Assembly: GCA_951406725.2 (NCBI GenBank)
Contig: OX597839.1
Location: forward strand, 39,866,001 to 39,930,000
Direction of reading: 5' to 3'
From: Octopus vulgaris
Lineage: Eukaryota
Length of the DNA stretch: 64,000 bases
In this document: positions 15,120 through 29,129 of the stretch, piece by piece
Numbering within the stretch: the first letter of the stretch is position 1
How the letters are laid out: each line of letters opens with the position of its first letter
Notes under the pieces: generated by a model
The model's input: only the letters and a program-made list of their open reading frames with translations
Database searches by the model: none
What the model was told of the DNA's origin: nothing
Translations under genes and position numbers: made by a program

Positions 15120-16870
15120 TCACGTTACACAAAATGCTTTTTATCTCAAATTTGGCTTTTGCTTTCGAACATGAACTTAGTTCGTCTGAAAACACGTCTG
15201 GGGAATTCTTTCTTTAATTCTTTTTGCAATTTGTCCGAGTCGGTCCTAGAACTTATGCCTGTATCTATTACATTTTTGCAATAATGGTTAATGAGTAAAT
15301 CCCAGCGATTGAATATCTCCATCCAATTCGTTCCAAATAACTTACTTGTATTATTTAATAAAAAAGAAACATGTGCGCCCTTTTTAAAGCCTAGCCAGGT
15401 TCATGGCCCCGGTTTCCCGGTTTCTATGGCGTATGTGTTCCCCAGTTGGAGAGGACGCCAGTCCATCGCAGCGTTACTCATTTTTGCCAGCTGTGTGGAC
15501 TGGAGCAACGTGAAATGAAGTGTTTTGCTCAAGAACACAACGCGTCGCCGGGCCGGAAATCGAAACCACAATCTTACGATCATGATGCTGACACCCTAAC
15601 CACTAAACGTAAATTAATAAATAGATAGATAGATAGATAGATAGATAGCAACGTGAAATGAAGTGTTTTGCTCAAGAACACAACGCGTCGCCGGGCCGGA
15701 AATCGAAACCACAATCTTACGATCATGATGCTGACACCCTAACCACTAAACCACGCGCCTCCACTACTTGTATTATTTATCACACAAATAAGCCTTTGCT
15801 TATATCGTTCTACCTCGGAAAGTCACATCGCAATTGAATTCCCCTCAAAACAGCTTTTGTAGTTTTCCTTAGTACTAGACAATCTTAAGCATTCCTTGTT
15901 TTGACATTTAATATATTTATATCGCTTCCAGTATCAAGCTGTAATCTGACGATTGTTCCACTTATTTTTGTGTTTACAAACTTTCTAAGTATATCGTTAT
16001 CGTTTTCGGATACAGCGTATACATTTTTATTGTTTCCTGTACGCATGATTTTGGGATTCTTTCCGTAGTTTTGTACAATAACGAAAACTTTTGTGACCTT
16101 GAAAACCGCCCCGGAAACATTTAAGTTTTTTTAACAAACACTCACCCCAGTCACGTATTTGACCGCATCTCGTGCACGGATCCACATTGCACTTTCTAAT
16201 GTCTTTCTTTGGCTTTATTGCCCGTATGTTTGCTATATCGTGTTCCTGTATCCTCTCATTGTCATCTTTAAGAGCTATCTGTTGGCAGTCTTCTGATATC
16301 TGATGAAGAGTAATATCCTGTTCTGTCCTTGCTTAATCAATATCCTTGTGCAAATTTCCGAATCCTGTTGTGCTGTTACTCCTTGAACGAATGTCAGGCA
16401 CTTAAACATGTCCGTTGTCAGTCCCTTTAATTCAAACTTTTCCCACTCACGGTTTAGTATTCCGGCATATGTTGTCAAGTCATCCTCTACGCTTTTCTTC
16501 AAATTTAAGCAGGACCATCTCGCGTGTAACAAATATATTTTTTCGCTAAAACAGTTTTGATTGTATGCTTATTGTGTCTGCAAATCGTAAATCTTCAGGT
16601 TTTGTGGGTAGCATATTAGTAATATACTTTTCATGTTCCACTGGTGCTAATTTTCTTAGCAAAAATCTAGTCTTCTGTTCTTCTTTCCAGTTTGAACATT
16701 CGTTCTTGACTATTTCCTCAAATCGACTATAATAAGCGACAAACGTGACACCTTCGGCCGGACTATATCTAAATTCATCGATGGAGCTTTACACTCTCCG
16801 AAGTTTGAATCTTCATTCGAATTTTGTTGAAGACATCTTCAAATTTCATCCGTCCAGGGTCGTTAGAATA
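15120..16870 (-). mobile_element. Decayed Ty3/Gypsy gag-protease region, interrupted by a SINE
   Basis: Gag-like RWSCLNLKKSVEDDLTTYAGILNREWEKF..DMFKCLTFVQG, degenerate Zn knuckles (~16090-16190), protease VRLQLDTGSDINILN (~15905-15955) and LFGTNW (~15320-15340). Confidence 0.8.
15358..15764 (-). mobile_element. tRNA-derived SINE with Meta/V-like central domain and 15-bp target-site duplication
   Basis: TSD tacttgtattattta at 15343-15357 and 15765-15779. A/B-box head on the minus strand, gcgatggactggcgtcc motif, internal ~100-bp duplication. Confidence 0.8.
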
Positions 16871-17624
16871 TTGCATCAGTCAAATATTGAGGGGAGTCAA
16901 TTGTACACACCACCCTTACCACTACCACAATGATGATGATGATGATGATCATCATCATCATCATCATCATTATAAACATCAACAACAACAGCAAAAACAT
17001 CGCTGTAAACTATCAGATTGAAATAGTAAGAGGGAGGCTCTTAAAATTAATTTTACATCTGAATTTAAAATATCAGAAGAACCACGAGTTTCATAGTGTG
17101 TGTACGTATGTGTGTATGTATGTATGTATGTGTGTATGTATGTATGTATGTATGTATGTATGTATGTATGTATGTATGTATGTGTGTGTGTATGTATGTA
17201 GGTATGTATGTATGTATGTATGTGTGTATGTATGTATGTACGTATGTGTGTATGTATGTATGTGTGTATGTATGTATGTATGTATGTATGTATGTATGTA
17301 TGTATGTACTGTATGTATGTATGTATGTATGTATGTATGTACGTATGTATGTATGTATGTATGTATGTATGTATGTATGTATGTATGTATGTATGTATGT
17401 ATGTATGTATGTGTGTATGTATGTATGTATGTATGTATGTATGTATGTATGTATGTATGTATGTGTGTATGTATGTATGTATGTGTGTGTATGTGTGTTT
17501 GTATCTATCTATCTATGTCTGTTAGAGACACACACACACACACATATACATATGTCTTTGGATGCTTGGAAATATGTGGGATTATGTACTGTATATGCCT
17601 AAAACTGTTTTAGGAAGCTAAAAA

Positions 17625-17674
<50 letters not shown>

Positions 17675-17814
17675 TACATACATAAACGTTTTTACAAACG
17701 TGATTATTCTCAAATGTGTATAAAACAATTTTTGAGCCATCGGCATACACACACACAATATATATATGTATATGCATGCATAAACTTATTTATGAATATA
17801 TGTATACATTTATG

Positions 17815-17899
<85 letters not shown>

Positions 17900-18964
17900 G
17901 TATACGTGCTCGTGTATTCGGTTTAACATGTACAGCATGTATAACTTAATAAGTCAACACATATAATCACACAGAAACACACACATACACAGATGTATAT
18001 GTATACAACTGCCTATTAAGACACACACAGGTACGCACACACACACAATCACACATATACATAAACAGATACATCAATATATATGTATATATACACACAC
18101 ACACATATTTATATATTTATTTATTTATTTATTTATTTATTCATACATATATTACTATAGATGCATGCATACACACAAACACAGGCACACGCACACATAC
18201 ACACACACTCTCAGATATATATGTCACGCTTAATATGGCTTCTCTGAACGCTTTCTCATGGTCTTCCATATTTTGAGATCTAATTTTACATATAGCTTCT
18301 ATATTAAGGTTTCCCAAGGTTATTTATGACAAATATTTATCAATTTTTACCTCTATATTTGATTGTGCTTCGTTATTTTTTCTTATTCTTTATTTCATTT
18401 TAGTTGCATATTTTATTTTTCTCTTTAAAATTGCCATGTTTACTTTTCAAGGCGTTTTCACATTAAGTGCATGAATATATATATATATACTGCTGCGCAT
18501 GCTCGTATGTCCTCCCTAATTTCTCCCCGATGGCATACATAAGTTTTGTTCCCACGTCATTCATTTCTGTATGGATAAATGTGTCTCTTTATTTATGTAT
18601 ATATGTATGTATATGCGTGTACGTATGTGAGTGCATTAATGAAACGAGCGTGGTAAATCGGTTAGGAAAATCTCTGAAATATACATACATATGACATTAT
18701 ATACATACATATATATATTTATATATGTATATATGTATGTATGTCTGTCTGTATGTATGTATGTATATATGTATGTATGTATGTATGTATTTATGTATGT
18801 ATGTATGTATGTATGTATGTATGTATGTATGTATGTATGTATGTATGTATGTATGTATGTATGTATGTATGTATGTATGTATGAAGAAAATGGATAGAAG
18901 TCTTGTTGCATTTCAAGATGCGGAAGAAACAAATGCTTGTTTGGTCTTAATTGGCATAATTAAT

Positions 18965-19560
18965 CATGAAAATATTTCCTCTCATTATTAATAACATAAT
19001 TCCTTCTATTTGACAAATTGTTGATCCTTCGGGTATAAAATTCTCCAGTTTTCGAAGCACAGAAATACTGCATGTCATTTTAAACATCTTCACACTTAAT
19101 AAACCCTTTTCCTTCTGAATAATGCTGCAACGATCTGAAAAGATGACCATGAGATGAACCAAGCTCAGGAGAGTAAGGAGGATCAGGCAAAACTTGCATA
19201 ATTAGTGCTAGAATCTATTCTTGAGTGACTAGGGCTATATATGGTTTTGCATTCTCCTGTATGATGAGCAGCACTTCTTCACGAGTGCCCCACGATGGAC
19301 GCTTATCCCGTAAGCTTTTACACAATGCTTCAAACTGACGACAATACTTCTCCGTATTAACTTATTGACTTGGTTTATTGACTCGTGACAGGCGACAGCC
19401 TTCTTCTCACACTAAACGCAGACCATAATTTGTATGGGTGTGGCGTTGGACTGGGGACGGGTCCTCTTTGCTCGTGGGTGCTAACTATTGTCGTTTTAGC
19501 TTGATTTTTTTTACAGAAAAGCCACTTTTCATCACTTATGAAAATTTCTACCCAGGTAAT
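18965..19560 (-). pseudogene. Mariner transposase relic
   Basis: ISDEKW, QENAKPY (HDNARPH-like), PPYSPELGSSHGHLFRSLQH (YSPDLAPSDYHLF-like) and ASKTGEFYTRRINNLSNR, with frameshifts. Confidence 0.8.
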
Positions 19561-20405
19561 GTTCGGTAGCGAGTTTTCTGCTCTCCATTTACGTTGAACA
19601 CACACGTGTCTATAGAATGCTCACTACTTAAATGTTAATTCAGGAGTAGATAATAAAGAAAATTAAACAACTGACTGTTCGTCGTTGAACTCGACGGAGA
19701 ACCATCCAACTATCCTCGGAATATATGTGGTTTTATACTTTATGCCGTCAATGTTAAAAAAGTGAAGATAACGTTGCTTAACTTCAGGAGGTTTCTCTCT
19801 CCCTCTCTCTCTCTTTCTCTTTCTCTCTCTAAATGTGTGTGTTTGTGTGTGAATATGTGTATGCTCAAAATCCTACGCAGAGAGGGATCGAACAACGGAC
19901 TTCATAACTATGATGAATTTCTTAGCCATTCAGCGTTTCCATTCTGTCACCCACCACACAGACACCACCACATTTACACACATCAAATAAATATTTATTT
20001 GTTTATGGACAGCTTTAAAAAAACCCCCTATTGAATGTGATGCAATAAATACATATAGACCCACACAGACATTATTATATTTGTATATTATATGTATATA
20101 TATATACATATACACAAATAATATATATATATATATATATCCACGCATACACAATAAGGTGTTTATGTGCGTGTGTATGTGTGTTTATGTGTTTGTGTGT
20201 GTGTGTGTTTGTGTATGTGAAGTAAATCATATTCTACGCCTGCCTTACTCTGAGAATAGTGTAGCAATAACAGTAACAAAAACTACAGAAAATAATAAAT
20301 TGTAAAAAAAAAATATATTAAAGAAACGCGGTAAACAACATTACACCAACACAACAATATTGTTGCGTAGCTTTGGAAAAGTTCTCTGTCTATTTCTCCA
20401 TTATT

Positions 20406-20491
<86 letters not shown>

Positions 20492-20961
20492 TTACACACA
20501 TATATATATACACTTATCGGCATATATATATTTATATATATATATGTATATATATATATATTTACACACATATATATATATATATACACATATCGGCATA
20601 TATATATATAGATATATAGATAGATGTATATATATACAAACATAAATACATAAATATATATATATACAAATATAATAGAAATATATATATACACACAATC
20701 ATTCATATATGTATATATGTATGTACACATTCATAAATCTATATGTTTATATATATATTATATATATATATATATATATATTGTATACAGCGTATATGTT
20801 CGTATAGATAAATACATATATAACATATATAATGGATATATTTTTTATAGATATACGATATTTATTGTATATCTCATATATACATATGTTAAATATCTTC
20901 ATAGAGATTTTTATTGATATATATATATAGATGTATATATATATACATGTGTATGTATATA

Positions 20962-21063
<102 letters not shown>

Positions 21064-21514
21064 TATAGATATATATACACACACACACACATGCACAAAC
21101 ACAGATATATATTTAGATATATATATATGTATGTGTGTGTCCATATGTTTTTTTTTTGTTTCTGGTGCCAAATTTTCCGCTAACGCTCACTCACAACAAG
21201 TTCGTATAAAGTTCTGTAACAATTCTGTAGCAGTCTGACAGTTGCAGCCATCTTGAAAACAAACAACAGATACGCTGAACGGTGAGGTGGAAAGAAGAGC
21301 CTAGATTGAAACGCCCAGACACACAAGAACACAATCTCACACACACACTTATATATGTGTATATGGGAAAATGAAATAATATACAAAAAAGAAATACTGA
21401 CAGAAAAAATATAACCGGAACGATGACCGAAGAGAACAATGTAAACAAAGGAAATTACCAAAGAACGCGAGCAATGCAAACACACGCATACACATACACG
21501 TCTCACTCAAAAAT

Positions 21515-21895
21515 AGTGGAGGCGCAATGGCCCAGTGGTTAGGGCAGCGGACTCGCGGTTTCGATTCCCAGACCGGGCGTTGTGAGTGTTTATTGAGCGA
21601 AAACACCTAAAAGCTCCACGAGGTTCCGGCAGGGGGTGGGGTGGTGATCCCTTGCTGTACTCTTTCACCACAACTTTCTCTCACTCTTACTTCCTGTTTC
21701 TGTTGTACCTGTATTTTCAAAGGGCCGGCCTTGTCACTCTCTGTGCGTCACGCTGAATATCCCCGAGAACTACGTTAAGGGTGCACGTGTCTGTGGAGTG
21801 CTCAGCCACTTACACGTTAATTTCACGAGCAGGCTGTTCCGTTGATTCGGATCAACCGGAACCCTCATCGTCGTAACCGACGGAGTGCTTCCACA
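21515..21895 (+). mobile_element. SINE family C (tRNA-derived)
   Basis: gtggaggcgcaatggcccagtggttagggcagcggactcgcgg...gtttcgattccc. Copies at 32815-33200 and a partial one at 14203-14310. Confidence 0.85.
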
Positions 21896-22554
21896 CAGTG
21901 AGTGGTATGTTGGTAGTGTACGTCCGGATAAAATGGAATTATTTCAAGTGTCTATTTCCTTTTGAAATGTAATTCGAAAATTTTAGTAACAGCCCACCCC
22001 CGGGGTTTCGAAACCCCCAACTCGAAATCACAATAATATAACAACATACACCTCAAACACCAGTTGCTGACGTTACTTCTCACTAGACCAATGAAATTCT
22101 ACCTCCGATCAGAACCGGACCCTCTGAAAAAAAAACCGACTCTTTCAGAACGGTTGATGACAATTAGGCAAAACCTAACGACCCGTCCATATAGGCTTGT
22201 CAACCAAGCAGATCGCTTGACCAAAACAAAAACAGGTTCACTATCAAAATAAAGGGACGTCACGAAACCTACAACCAATCAAAACTTGTTCCTATATACA
22301 GGGAACCAACCAATAATATATATATACCCACGCGCACATGTATGTACCTATGTATATGATACTCATTTTCTTTTGTGACAATGGCTTCATTTATCAAAAT
22401 ATTACATGCTAGACCTTCACATCCTTCATCCAGTAACTGTTTTATCGAAACCCATAATTTTCGTATAGGTCAGCTATGCCTAACATGTTCACAGAGAAGG
22501 CAAGTCCTTGATATACATATATAATATGCATATGTATGTATATTTATATGTATG

Positions 22555-22605
<51 letters not shown>

Positions 22606-22961
22606 AACATCAAGCAAACATCAACAGGAATATAAATATACCAGAAAAAAATCCATTTTTTTACGTAGAGGAAACATACTGAACGTATAGATCCTAAAAT
22701 AATTAATTTATAGATCTTGACAATGATGAAATCCAACTTCTGTCAAAAGGACTGAAATTCACACCTACACCAACAGCCAACCACCAAGAATTAAAGGAGG
22801 ATATCCAAAAATTCTGTCGAAAATTATATATATATCCCTAGTAAGGAATATATACCCCACCAAAAGGAAGAAATAACTACCTTGACCAATACATTGATAT
22901 CCTGTCTAAATTTCCCCTTAGACGCAATACCAATGTTAGGCCAAACATTAGCAAATCAGAG

Positions 22962-23855
22962 ATGTCTGCATGTAAACGTATACAAAACGATCAAACAATA
23001 ATAATTAAACAAGCAGATAAAGGTGGTGCAATTGTTATTATGGATACCGAATACTATAAGGATTTGGTTGAAGACCAACTGAAGGATACAACCTTCTATT
23101 GTGAAATACCCGCAAATATAGACCACCACATCATGAAAAAGATCAACAACCTGATTTCAACACACCACAACTCACTTACGGATAATGAAAAAGACTACAT
23201 CACCAATTTTGAACCAAAACCCAGCAACTTCTACGGCTTACCAAAAATACACAAATCAAAAAACATTCAACAGGCAGTAAAAGAACAAGAAAGTGAGTAC
23301 ATAAAATTATTACATCCAAAAGACCTAAAACTTAGACCTATTATAGCTGGTCCAGCATGCCCTACACACCGTCTAAGCAATTTTATTGACATTGTTTTGA
23401 AACCACTATGTACTTACATACCAAGTTTCATCAGGGATGACATCGACTTCCTGTCCCATCTTCCCAAAACAACAGAAACAAATTCAGTTTTACTAAGTTT
23501 TGATGTGGTAAGCCTCTACACCAATATTCCACACGATTTAGGAATAAAGGCGATTAAATACTGGTTAGAAAAACATAGAGAAGTGATTCCCAGCAGATTC
23601 ACAGTGCCATTTATATTAGACACAGTCAAACTTATTCTAGAAAATAACACATTCTTCTTCAATGGAAAGAATTACATCCAAATTAGAGGCACGGCGATGG
23701 GAACGAGGTTTGCTCCCGTTTACGCCAACTCTGTAATGGGATACTTAGAAGAACAACTCTACCAAGAGGTGGAGGTAAACTATGGCACTGGATTTAGAAA
23801 GTATATTGAAAAGGCATGGAAGAGACACAGACACACATCAATACCTAAATTTTAA
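22962..23855 (+). pseudogene. PLE reverse transcriptase, truncated before the catalytic YxDD
   Basis: RT motifs are present up to AWKR (~23823). The expected YxDD and following residues are missing and the frame shifts. Confidence 0.88.
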
Positions 23856-24684
23856 GTCGTGCCATCCACCACATACAAAACGTAACATCCCATACTGCCT
23901 AGCCAGAAGAATTTGTACTATTGTAGAAGATGCAAATATCAGGAACAAACGCCTAATAGAACTAAGAGAATTTTTGCTCAAACAAAAATACCCATCTCTA
24001 CTTATAGAAAATGGCATACAGCGGGCTATAAAAATACCTATACAACAACTTAGGACAACCCAAGGAAGAGGAAAACAAGAACAAGTCATACCATTCATAG
24101 TGACACACAACCCATGTCACCAGAATATCTTCAACATTGCCAAAGCAAACCTACCAATCATTGCCCAAAGTAATGAATTAAAAGACATAATCAAGGATCG
24201 AGCTATGGTGCTTAGTAAAAGACAGCCTAAAAACTTGAAAACATTACTAACAAAGGCAAAATTTGACCTCAGCAACAAAGACCAAACATTCACGGTATCT
24301 AAATGCAATGATAGCCGATGTGGCACATGCCAATTCATACATACCGGTCAATATATAAACACAAAAACCGGGAAAATATTCACAAACGCGAATATGAACT
24401 GCAAAAGCAGAAATTTAATTTACTGCATCAAATGCCCAAATTGTGAAGAAATATATGTAGGTCAGACGGGAAACGCACTATTAGAACGCTCACGTGTACA
24501 CCGGCAACAGATTAGAGACCCAGAGGTCCGTCAGATACCTTTGAGTAACCACCTAGCAACATGTGGTCGGAAAATATATATAATATTTCCATTCTACAAA
24601 TTACACAGCCCAAGTGAAATCGAGAGGAAAATCAGAGAAAAGAATTTTATTGATAAATTCGAACCCAAGCTAAATAAGCAATAA
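23824..24684 (+). pseudogene. PLE thumb, Zn-linker and GIY-YIG endonuclease
   Basis: TDTHQYLNFKSCHPPHTKRNIPY, CNDSRCGTC, LIYCIKC..IYVGQTG..R..H, and REKNFIDKFEPKLN followed by a stop. Confidence 0.9.
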
Positions 24685-25178
24685 TAATAATACTTAGAGG
24701 TATTACTTCCACTGCTACGACCATGACCACTAACAACAACAACAATACTAAAGGTGATCAAGACGAAGATAGCAGGAAAATTATCTTATTTAGGGTTAAA
24801 AGTTCTATTGCCACCACCATCACCACTAGCAACAATAATTAAGGTGCTGACAATGATGATGATGACAATTGAAATATAAAAATATAAAAATCTCTGACAA
24901 AGGATATTTACAACATTTCTAAAAATAACCCAACAATTGCTGCTTCGGCCAGGGTCAAGATACAGGACTCTTGACCTGTCCAACAAAGCGTGATGCCTAA
25001 ACCAATCAGCTCAACCAACCAATCAGCTTAAGTAATTGAGTGATACTACACACTGATTGGTCAGAATACAGTTTGCAAAACCTAGCACTCTGGAGCCTAC
25101 CCAGCTGTATTTATAGCACAGAATCACTCATCTTGCTACAGTCAAAAATTGTGAAGCATGACTGTCAACACTACTACA

Positions 25179-25223
25179 TGAACCCGAAGATTGCAGAATT
25201 CAATGCATGAAAGTACTAGTTCA
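25179..25223 (+). ncRNA. Minimal type-I hammerhead in the PLE 3' end (U4C variant)
   Basis: tgaac-CCGAAGA-ttgca(gaattcaa)tgcat-GAAA-gtac-TA-gttca. Stem I is a perfect 5 bp and stem III is the palindrome AGTACT. Confidence 0.8.
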
Positions 25224-25337
25224 ATCAGAATGAATATTTAACATTCTACTATTTCATTTTATTTTATTCAATTATAATATATCATTATAAGATTGTAAAT
25301 AAAACGTGAAAATCAGACAAGGTTGGAATTCTTTTTA

Positions 25338-25407
<70 letters not shown>

Positions 25408-25430
25408 AATATGTTATCTGGCTATTTAGC

Positions 25431-25494
25431 CAGATAACCGAAGAGATGGTGTTGTGGATTTCCACGTCGGCATCTGAAACTCAGAGTTTTATCT
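25431..25494 (+). ncRNA. Type-I hammerhead fold (U4C variant) in a (TA)n-embedded cassette
   Basis: agataa-CCGAAGA-gatg...catct-GAAA-ctc(a)gag-TT-ttatct. All three stems can pair. Confidence 0.7.
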
Positions 25495-25592
25495 TGACTA
25501 TCGAGTATTGTAACATATTATTGTATAGATAAATTTCCTCTATTTACATAATATTGAGGTCTCTTTCTTTCTTTTGTTATCTTACCGTTTTA

Positions 25593-25660
<68 letters not shown>

Positions 25661-25856
25661 CATTCATATACATATATGTAGTGATATCTATCCCAAGCAA
25701 CACTTATTTTAGTGCTGTTGACACAGCCGGATTGAATGGTACTGCCTAGGGGGCGAAACCATAGTGATATCCGAGGGGCAGCTGATGATGGAGGTATGTT
25801 GGATTGTTGGCACGGTTATTATTGTATGCGCGGAATAGTTTTATAACACATCTATT

Positions 25857-25922
<66 letters not shown>

Positions 25923-25926
25923 AATA

Positions 25927-25992
25927 CATATCGCCATATACACAGATACATATCGCCATATACACAGATACATATCGCCATATACACAGATA
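25927..25992. repeat. 22-bp tandem repeat, 3 copies
   Basis: catatcgccatatacacagata at 25927, 25949 and 25971. Confidence 0.9.
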
Positions 25993-26685
25993 CACATTTA
26001 TACAGACGCGTAGATGCATATACATAACTATTTATGTTTGCGTATATGTGTACTATAAACATATATGTATATTTACAAATATATACAAACCTCTAAAAAG
26101 TTTCTCACATAACTGTTATTTACTGTCTGACGAAGGCGGTATTCCTTCAGAAGCTTCGAAGTCATTTCGAATCATAGACAAACATAATTATACCAGTTTA
26201 AATCGAGATAGACAATGTTTGTATTGGCTCCACATTTGAAGCTATAAATGTATTGAAAGACAATACTGTCCTACTTATTATAAAAGTACTATTTTGATTC
26301 AATGCTTATTTCGATAACGAGTTGATATTTCTGTGCTGTATTCGTACAGTGTTCATTGTATTACATCACAATATATAATTATGTATATCGTTATTAATCC
26401 CATATACCGTGAGTTCAACTCCATAGTACCAGAAATATATTCTCATAAATTTATGTGTACTGCCTCGGTGAAGTGTCATTTCATAGTAAATATTTTTTGT
26501 TCTTTGCTTATTGTTGTTTGCTAATTGCTTCCTATAATCGAGATTATTTTAAGACAAATTTGATTTCAGGACACTCTACAAGAGCTATAATTCAGAGATA
26601 GGAAATACATATAAGGTCACTATTTTCACATGTTTTGCGCTGTATTTCACTGTCTTTCGTTGTACCATATCTAGATCCATGTCTG

Positions 26686-26770
<85 letters not shown>

Positions 26771-26820
26771 TTATCTATCTATCTATCCATCTCTATCTCT
26801 CTCTACACGCACACACTTAT

Positions 26821-26864
<44 letters not shown>

Positions 26865-26954
26865 TGTTTAAAGCAGTCTAATTGGTTCTGTGCTACTTCA
26901 AGTTTCACGGACTCCTAGCAGGAGCTCGACTCCTTCAGACTTCTTGAATGTCCA

Positions 26955-26991
<37 letters not shown>

Positions 26992-27294
26992 TACACACAC
27001 AAACACACACACATACACACACACACACATACACACGTATATGTGCGTATCTTTGTATCTATATTTGTCACCAACCTAATCATTACTACTTGACATAGAA
27101 ATTGTAAGTACTTCAGTACTTCGGTTAGAGGAGTTTCCCCAGCATGGCCGCTGTACACTAACAGAAACAAATAAAAAAACAAAATACAGTGAGAATCGTA
27201 GCATTTGCTGGTCAGTGTTTTACAGTCATTCGCACTATTACATTCACATAAGTAATGACTATTTTAATTAACAATTGTTACTATTAACGACTAT

Positions 27295-27727
27295 AATCAT
27301 GGTCTCAAAAATGTGTCCTACGAAGAAAGGCTGACGACGCTCGACCTTTGTTTTCTTGAAAAACGCCGCCGCCGTAGTGATCTCATTCTCGCCCACAACA
27401 TCATAAGCGGAAAGTGTAACCTCTCGAAAGAGCTGTTCTTCACTCCTGCTCCAGAGCGTCGGCTGCGGGGTCATTCCGAAAAGCTCTACCTGCGACGATT
27501 TCATCTCAATCGAAGGAGAGGAGCTTTCTCCGTCCGGGTTGCGGATCCTTGGAACAAGCTGCCAGACGAGATGGTGAAGATGCCGACGACCGCTTTGTTC
27601 AAAGCCTCCCAGGACCTCAAGTGGCCTGAACTCTTTACATGAACACCACCCTGTACTTAACTCCATGTCCCCCTACATGGCCTTGTTATTTGCTTTTGAG
27701 CCAAATTAACTAACTAACTAACTAACT
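27295..27727 (+). mobile_element. CR1-type LINE 3' end with (TAAC)n tail
   Basis: YEERLTTLDL..LEKRRRRSDLI, LRGHSEKL and FSVRVADPWNKLP, followed by a short 3' UTR and (TAAC)n at ~27707-27727. Confidence 0.87.
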
Positions 27728-27927
27728 ACACACCTTGTTAATACATTGTTATGGTATGTTCTGATAATCTTTATATCGACATGTGGCGGGTTAGTATTTG
27801 AGTACGTTCAAAGATATCTCTTTCGTTATCTTCAAGAAAATAAATATACAAATGTTACTACGTACCGATCTGTTTTCATACATATCTTTTACAATTTATT
27901 TTTCTATAAACTAAGATCTATTTATTT

Positions 27928-27968
<41 letters not shown>

Positions 27969-28097
27969 CATATTTCCACCAACACGCACTCACACAGATG
28001 TATCTACGTATATAAAATATGTACGTATGTATCTCCATATGTATGAATGCATGAATCTCTCTCCTTTACGCTTTCTCTCTTTCTCTCCTTTTTTTGT

Positions 28098-28138
<41 letters not shown>

Positions 28139-29098
28139 CTTACTAAACGATATCACTTAAGTACTTACATATAAACCTCAGAAGAACGCAGAAAAACAGA
28201 GTAAGAAATAAATAAACGTACAAAAAACAACAAGATTGCTTATTGCTTGCATATTTACTGAAGTAGATATCAAGATTGGGAATATCCCAGTTTGAGTGGT
28301 CAGGACTTGTGGAGACACCGCTGTAGACATTGGAACAGCTAATCCATCAAAGCCAAGCATATTGAAGAAAAAGAAAAGGAAAAGCATCCAGACAGGCACC
28401 GTTTTAGTTGGCGATTTGGAGACGTTAGTTGCTTGAAAAGTGATGGTAATGGCGTGCAATAACAAATTGAAAGTCAAAAAAAAAAAAAACATACAACGAA
28501 AATAGAATTAACAAGATTTAAAAAATGATAAAATAATACACACACACACACACTCACAGACACACACAGAAAATATATGATGATGAACCCCTTCAAGACC
28601 TAAAGACAATTGAGTAAATGATAAACAGTATGTAACATATAGTTATCGCCACGGAAATATGTTAACGTAAATGATGATCGTCTGCTTCAATCAAATATGA
28701 AACCTCTGCTTCTCTATCGCGCTCTTACGCTCGCTTTCGTTTCCTTCTCTTCTCTTCTTTCATCGGTCTCTACTCAAACATTATCGTATATTAATGATGT
28801 TTAGGTAAAGTAAATCCATACATACCGCTGCTGTCCGTCATTCCATCCGTTTAGGCAACCATACGAACATACGTACAAAGATATATACACACATGAATGT
28901 ATGTTTGTGTATGTTTATATATATATATACATAAAATATATGTATGTGTGTATGTGTATATATATATTTAGATATATATACATACATACACATATATATA
29001 TGCATATATATATATGAGCATACATATACGCAAATATATGCATATATATGTCTACATGTGTACGTATATATATATATATAAACGCATATATATAAATG

Positions 29099-29129
<31 letters not shown>

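Larger units (their letters stand above)
22601..25340 (+). mobile_element. Penelope-like retroelement (C-terminal GIY-YIG, Neptune-like architecture), internally deleted, flanked by (TA)n
   Basis: N-terminal PLE motif LLSKGLKFTPTP (~22736), ADKGGAIVIMD, FYGLPKIHK, LRPIIAG, SFDVVSLYTNIP, GTAMGTRFAP, Cys linker KCNDSRCGTC and NLIYCIKCPNCEEIYVGQTG. An HHR lies in the 3' non-coding region. (TA)n tracts on both sides. Confidence 0.93.

Noticed and set aside
21515-21590. tRNA gene candidates in SINE heads
   Set aside because: A/B boxes are present, but there is no complete cloverleaf and each continues into a repeated SINE body.
26121-26182. CTGACGA hammerhead candidate
   Set aside because: I could not build a consistent three-stem fold.
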